NCBI GenBank assembly: GCA_028698215.1
Contig: JAQVDY010000005.1
Span: 8,108 to 72,107, forward strand
Direction of reading: 5' to 3'
From: Actinomycetota bacterium
Lineage (GTDB): Bacteria; Actinomycetota; Humimicrobiia; Humimicrobiales; Humimicrobiaceae
DNA length: 64,000 bases
The position numbers and the translations under genes were made by a program. Within the stretch, counting starts at the first letter, position 1; each line of letters begins with the position of its first letter. The notes below the pieces were generated by a model. It saw nothing but the letters and a program-made list of their open reading frames with translations, was not told the origin of the DNA and did not search any database. This document shows positions 60,983 to 64,000 of this stretch, piece by piece.

Positions 60983-62581
60983 TTACTTATTTTTTGCATA
61001 TTTTAAGGCTGCGCCAATGAAATCCCTGAATAAGGGATGTGGCCGGTCTGGCCTGGATTTAAATTCAGGATGAAATTGGACCGCTACAAACCAGGGATGG
61101 TCCCTTAACTCCACTATTTCTACCAGGTCCTGGTCAGGATTTATTCCCGATATAATCATTCCCGCCTCTGCTAAATCATCGCGGTATTGATTATTAAGTT
61201 CATATCGATGCCTATGTCTTTCAAATATCAAATCCATTCCATAAGCTTGATAGGCCAAAGAGCCAGGGTGTAAGCGGCAAGGATATTTACCCAACCTCAT
61301 AGTTCCGCCCTTGGCCGATAACCCTTTTTGGTCAACCATTAAATCAATTACAGGATGAGCAGTACCAGAATCAAACTCTGTACTATTGGCATCAGATAAG
61401 CCTAGTTTATTGCGGGCAAATTCAGTAACAGCGCATTGCATTCCCAGGCAAATTCCCAAATACGGTACCTTGTTTTCCCTAGCGAAAGTGATAGCATTAA
61501 TTTTGCCATCTATGCCCCTTAGCCCGAAGCCTCCCGGTACCAAAATACCATCAACCTGGTTTAGAACTTTGGAGTTAAGCTGTTCTGAATTTATCCAAAT
61601 TATTTCAACTTTTTTCTTGTAATAATAGCCGCTATGGCTCAAAGCTTCCACGATACTCAAATAAGCATCTTTTAGACTGGTATATTTACCCACCATTCCG
61701 ATTGTTACCTTACCTTGGAGATGATGAATACGGTTTACCATCTGCTTCCACTGGGAGAGATTGGACCGGCGCTGAGCTAGACCCAGTTTTTCCAATACAA
61801 TGGTATCCAGTTTTTCTTTTTGCAGCATTAAAGGGACTTCATATATATGCCGGGCGTCTGGAGCATTGATGGTAGCTTCCTTTTCAATATCGCAGAAAAG
61901 CCCGATTTTAGCTTTAAGATGGTCATCTAGGGCTATCTCGCTGCGGCATATTATGATATCAGGCTGAATTCCAATGCTTCTAAGTTCTTTAACGCTATGC
62001 TGGGTAGGCTTGGTTTTAAGTTCCTCGGTTGTTTTTAGATAAGGTACATAGGTCACGTGAAGATACAGTACATTATTTCGGCCCACATCTTTTTTAATTT
62101 GCCTTATAGCTTCCAAAAAAGGAAGGCTTTCAATATCCCCTACTGTTCCCCCTATTTCAGTAATAACTATATCTACTTTACGTTTTTCCAAGGTTTTTTT
62201 TATGCTGGCTTTAATCTGGTCAGTTATATGGGGGATTACCTGAACAGTTGAACCTAAATATAACCCCTGCCTTTCATTATCTATTACCGCCTTATAAATT
62301 TTACCCGATGTAAAATTATTGTATTTGGATAATTCTTCATCAATAAACCTTTCATAATGGCCCAGATCCAAGTCAGTTTCACCACCGTCTTCGGTAACAA
62401 AAACCTCCCCGTGCTGTATGGGGTTCATGGTGCCGGGATCTATGTTTATATAAGGGTCAAATTTTTGAATGGTTACACTATATCCCCTTGATTTGAGTAG
62501 TCTACCCAAAGAAGCGGCACAAATACCCTTGCCCAATGAAGAAAGTACACCACCTGTAACGAATATAAATTTAGTATCCAA
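60983..62581 (-). CDS. pyrG: CTP synthase
   Basis: N-terminal synthetase ([13 protein letters not shown]) and C-terminal GATase (GICLGMQ, Cys-His-Glu). Confidence 0.95.
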   Translation of the reverse strand: MDTKFIFVTGGVLSSLGKGICAASLGRLLKSRGYSVTIQKFDPYINIDPGTMNPIQHGEVFVTEDGGETDLDLGHYERFIDEELSKYNNFTSGKIYKAVIDNERQGLYLGSTVQVIPHITDQIKASIKKTLEKRKVDIVITEIGGTVGDIESLPFLEAIRQIKKDVGRNNVLYLHVTYVPYLKTTEELKTKPTQHSVKELRSIGIQPDIIICRSEIALDDHLKAKIGLFCDIEKEATINAPDARHIYEVPLMLQKEKLDTIVLEKLGLAQRRSNLSQWKQMVNRIHHLQGKVTIGMVGKYTSLKDAYLSIVEALSHSGYYYKKKVEIIWINSEQLNSKVLNQVDGILVPGGFGLRGIDGKINAITFARENKVPYLGICLGMQCAVTEFARNKLGLSDANSTEFDSGTAHPVIDLMVDQKGLSAKGGTMRLGKYPCRLHPGSLAYQAYGMDLIFERHRHRYELNNQYRDDLAEAGMIISGINPDQDLVEIVELRDHPWFVAVQFHPEFKSRPDRPHPLFRDFIGAALKYAKNK

Positions 62582-62594
62582 TTTAACCCTTCCC

Positions 62595-64000
62595 TTATTT
62601 CCTTTTTATGGTTTCGGCCGCATTAATTAACTCTTCAGCATGTTTTAATGATATATCGCTATTTTTAATTCCACTTAACATTCTGGCAATTTCTGTTGCT
62701 CTTTGCCCTTCATTAAGCTGGTTAATCCTTATTTTTGTTTTCCCTGACTGATTAAATTTTTCAATAGCATAATGATATTGAGCAAAAGCTGCAATCTGGG
62801 CTAGGTGAGTTATACATATTACCTGGCAGCCAGTAGAAATTTTATATAATTTCTGGCCTACGGTCAAAGATACGGCTCCCCCGATACCTGCATCTATTTC
62901 GTCAAAAATCATAGTAGAAATTGAATCAATTGAACCAATGATGCTTTTTAAAGCCAGCATTACCCTGGATACTTCTCCCCCGGAAGCAATCTTGGCCAAT
63001 GGTTTGGCTTGCTGGCCCAGGTTTAAGGAAATTAAGAATTCGATACCATCAATACCTTCAAAGGTTAACCTGACTTTCTGATTATTTAAGCCTATTTGTT
63101 CTTCCCCTGGTAAATAGTCCTGCCTGATTTTAAAACAAACATTCTTAAAACTTAAATCCTGCAACTCTGCAGTAATCATTTTTTCCAGCGTCTTTCCTAC
63201 ATCTTTTCTTGATTGGCTAAGCTGCAATGCTTTTTCCAATGCTTCCTTTTGCTTTTTTTGCAGCTCCAATTCCATATCTTCAATCTGCTGATCCAGGCTG
63301 TCATAATTTTCTATTTGCTGCTTTAATTTTAATGCATATTGATTAATCTCTTCCAGGCTCATTGAATATTTACCTTTTATTTCTTCCAGTTTAAATAACC
63401 GTTCCTGCAGGTTATCCAGCCTTTGGGGGCTGTATTCAAAATCGGAAAGGTAGCTGTTAAGAAAGTGGCTAAGATCATCTAAAACACCATTCATCCCTGA
63501 TACATCATTTAAAAATGGCATGAAACGTCCATCAATTCCTGACAGTTGGCTGAGATTTTTCTGCAGTATTCCCATATTATCCACCAAGGACTGATTATGG
63601 TCATCATCCCCTTTTAGCAGTTGGACAGAATCAGATACATATTGGAAAATTTTCTGGTAGTTTTTTAGAATTTTTAATTCCTGCTCCAGTGCTTCCTGTT
63701 CGCCTTCTTTAACGTTTAGGGCTTCAATCTCCCCTACCCTGTATCTCAAGTCGTTTAACTGTTCTTCCTTAACCTTTTCTTTGCTTTTAAGGTGGTTTAA
63801 CTTATTCTGGACCTGTAAGAATTTATTAAAACAGTTTTGGTATTCCTCCTTTATGTTTTGGATGCTCTTTTTTCCAAATTTATCTATTATTTGCATATGA
63901 TGTTTGGAATCCAATAGGTATTGGTGATCATGTTGACCGTGTATATCTATAAAAATCGACCCCAGTTCTTTCAAGATGGAGACCTGTACAAAAATACCAT
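62595..64000 (-). CDS. recN: DNA repair protein RecN (C-terminal about 460 aa; 5' end beyond window)
   Basis: SMC-like coiled-coil then signature LSGGE-type ([12 protein letters not shown]) and Walker B (IFDEID). Frame open to the window edge. Confidence 0.85.
   Translation of the reverse strand, partial: GIFVQVSILKELGSIFIDIHGQHDHQYLLDSKHHMQIIDKFGKKSIQNIKEEYQNCFNKFLQVQNKLNHLKSKEKVKEEQLNDLRYRVGEIEALNVKEGEQEALEQELKILKNYQKIFQYVSDSVQLLKGDDDHNQSLVDNMGILQKNLSQLSGIDGRFMPFLNDVSGMNGVLDDLSHFLNSYLSDFEYSPQRLDNLQERLFKLEEIKGKYSMSLEEINQYALKLKQQIENYDSLDQQIEDMELELQKKQKEALEKALQLSQSRKDVGKTLEKMITAELQDLSFKNVCFKIRQDYLPGEEQIGLNNQKVRLTFEGIDGIEFLISLNLGQQAKPLAKIASGGEVSRVMLALKSIIGSIDSISTMIFDEIDAGIGGAVSLTVGQKLYKISTGCQVICITHLAQIAAFAQYHYAIEKFNQSGKTKIRINQLNEGQRATEIARMLSGIKNSDISLKHAEELINAAETIKRK

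Overview
This is a 64-kb chromosomal segment of a low-GC, Firmicutes-type (Clostridia-like) anaerobe. Coding density is high, with mostly housekeeping genes on the minus strand: hflX (5'-truncated), lexA, ilvC, dut, hpt, dacB-like, pgm, tRNA-Pro(GGG), gpsA, der, ispH, plsC, cmk, aroA, tyrA, a copB-like P-type ATPase, a class II photolyase, tkt, an etfBA-glcD (LctBCD-like) cluster, rluB, scpAB, trpS, xerD, pyrG and recN (5'-truncated at the window end). No CRISPR array, IS element or prophage is visible. The most unusual region is a 10-kb minus-strand operon at 6.1-16.0 kb, with a GntR regulator and a divergently regulated LacI gene immediately upstream. It couples a CUT2-type sugar ABC transporter to a tungsten-type aldehyde:ferredoxin oxidoreductase (AOR), two tandem URO-D-family paralogs and L-fucose isomerase. 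The regulators sit behind an exactly duplicated 15-mer operator. This gene combination does not match any characterised fucose or sugar pathway that I know of. Other observations are a compact SOS module (three Cheo-like LexA boxes, a YneA-like LysM membrane protein under a LexA-occluded consensus promoter), a probable AUU-initiated photolyase, a candidate sRNA unit, a 0.9-kb gene-free AT-rich island, an MrfA/MrfB-like helicase and exonuclease pair in inverted order, and an LctBCD-like lactate dehydrogenase/Etf cluster. All calls rest on reading the sequence and on recalled family motifs. No database search was run.
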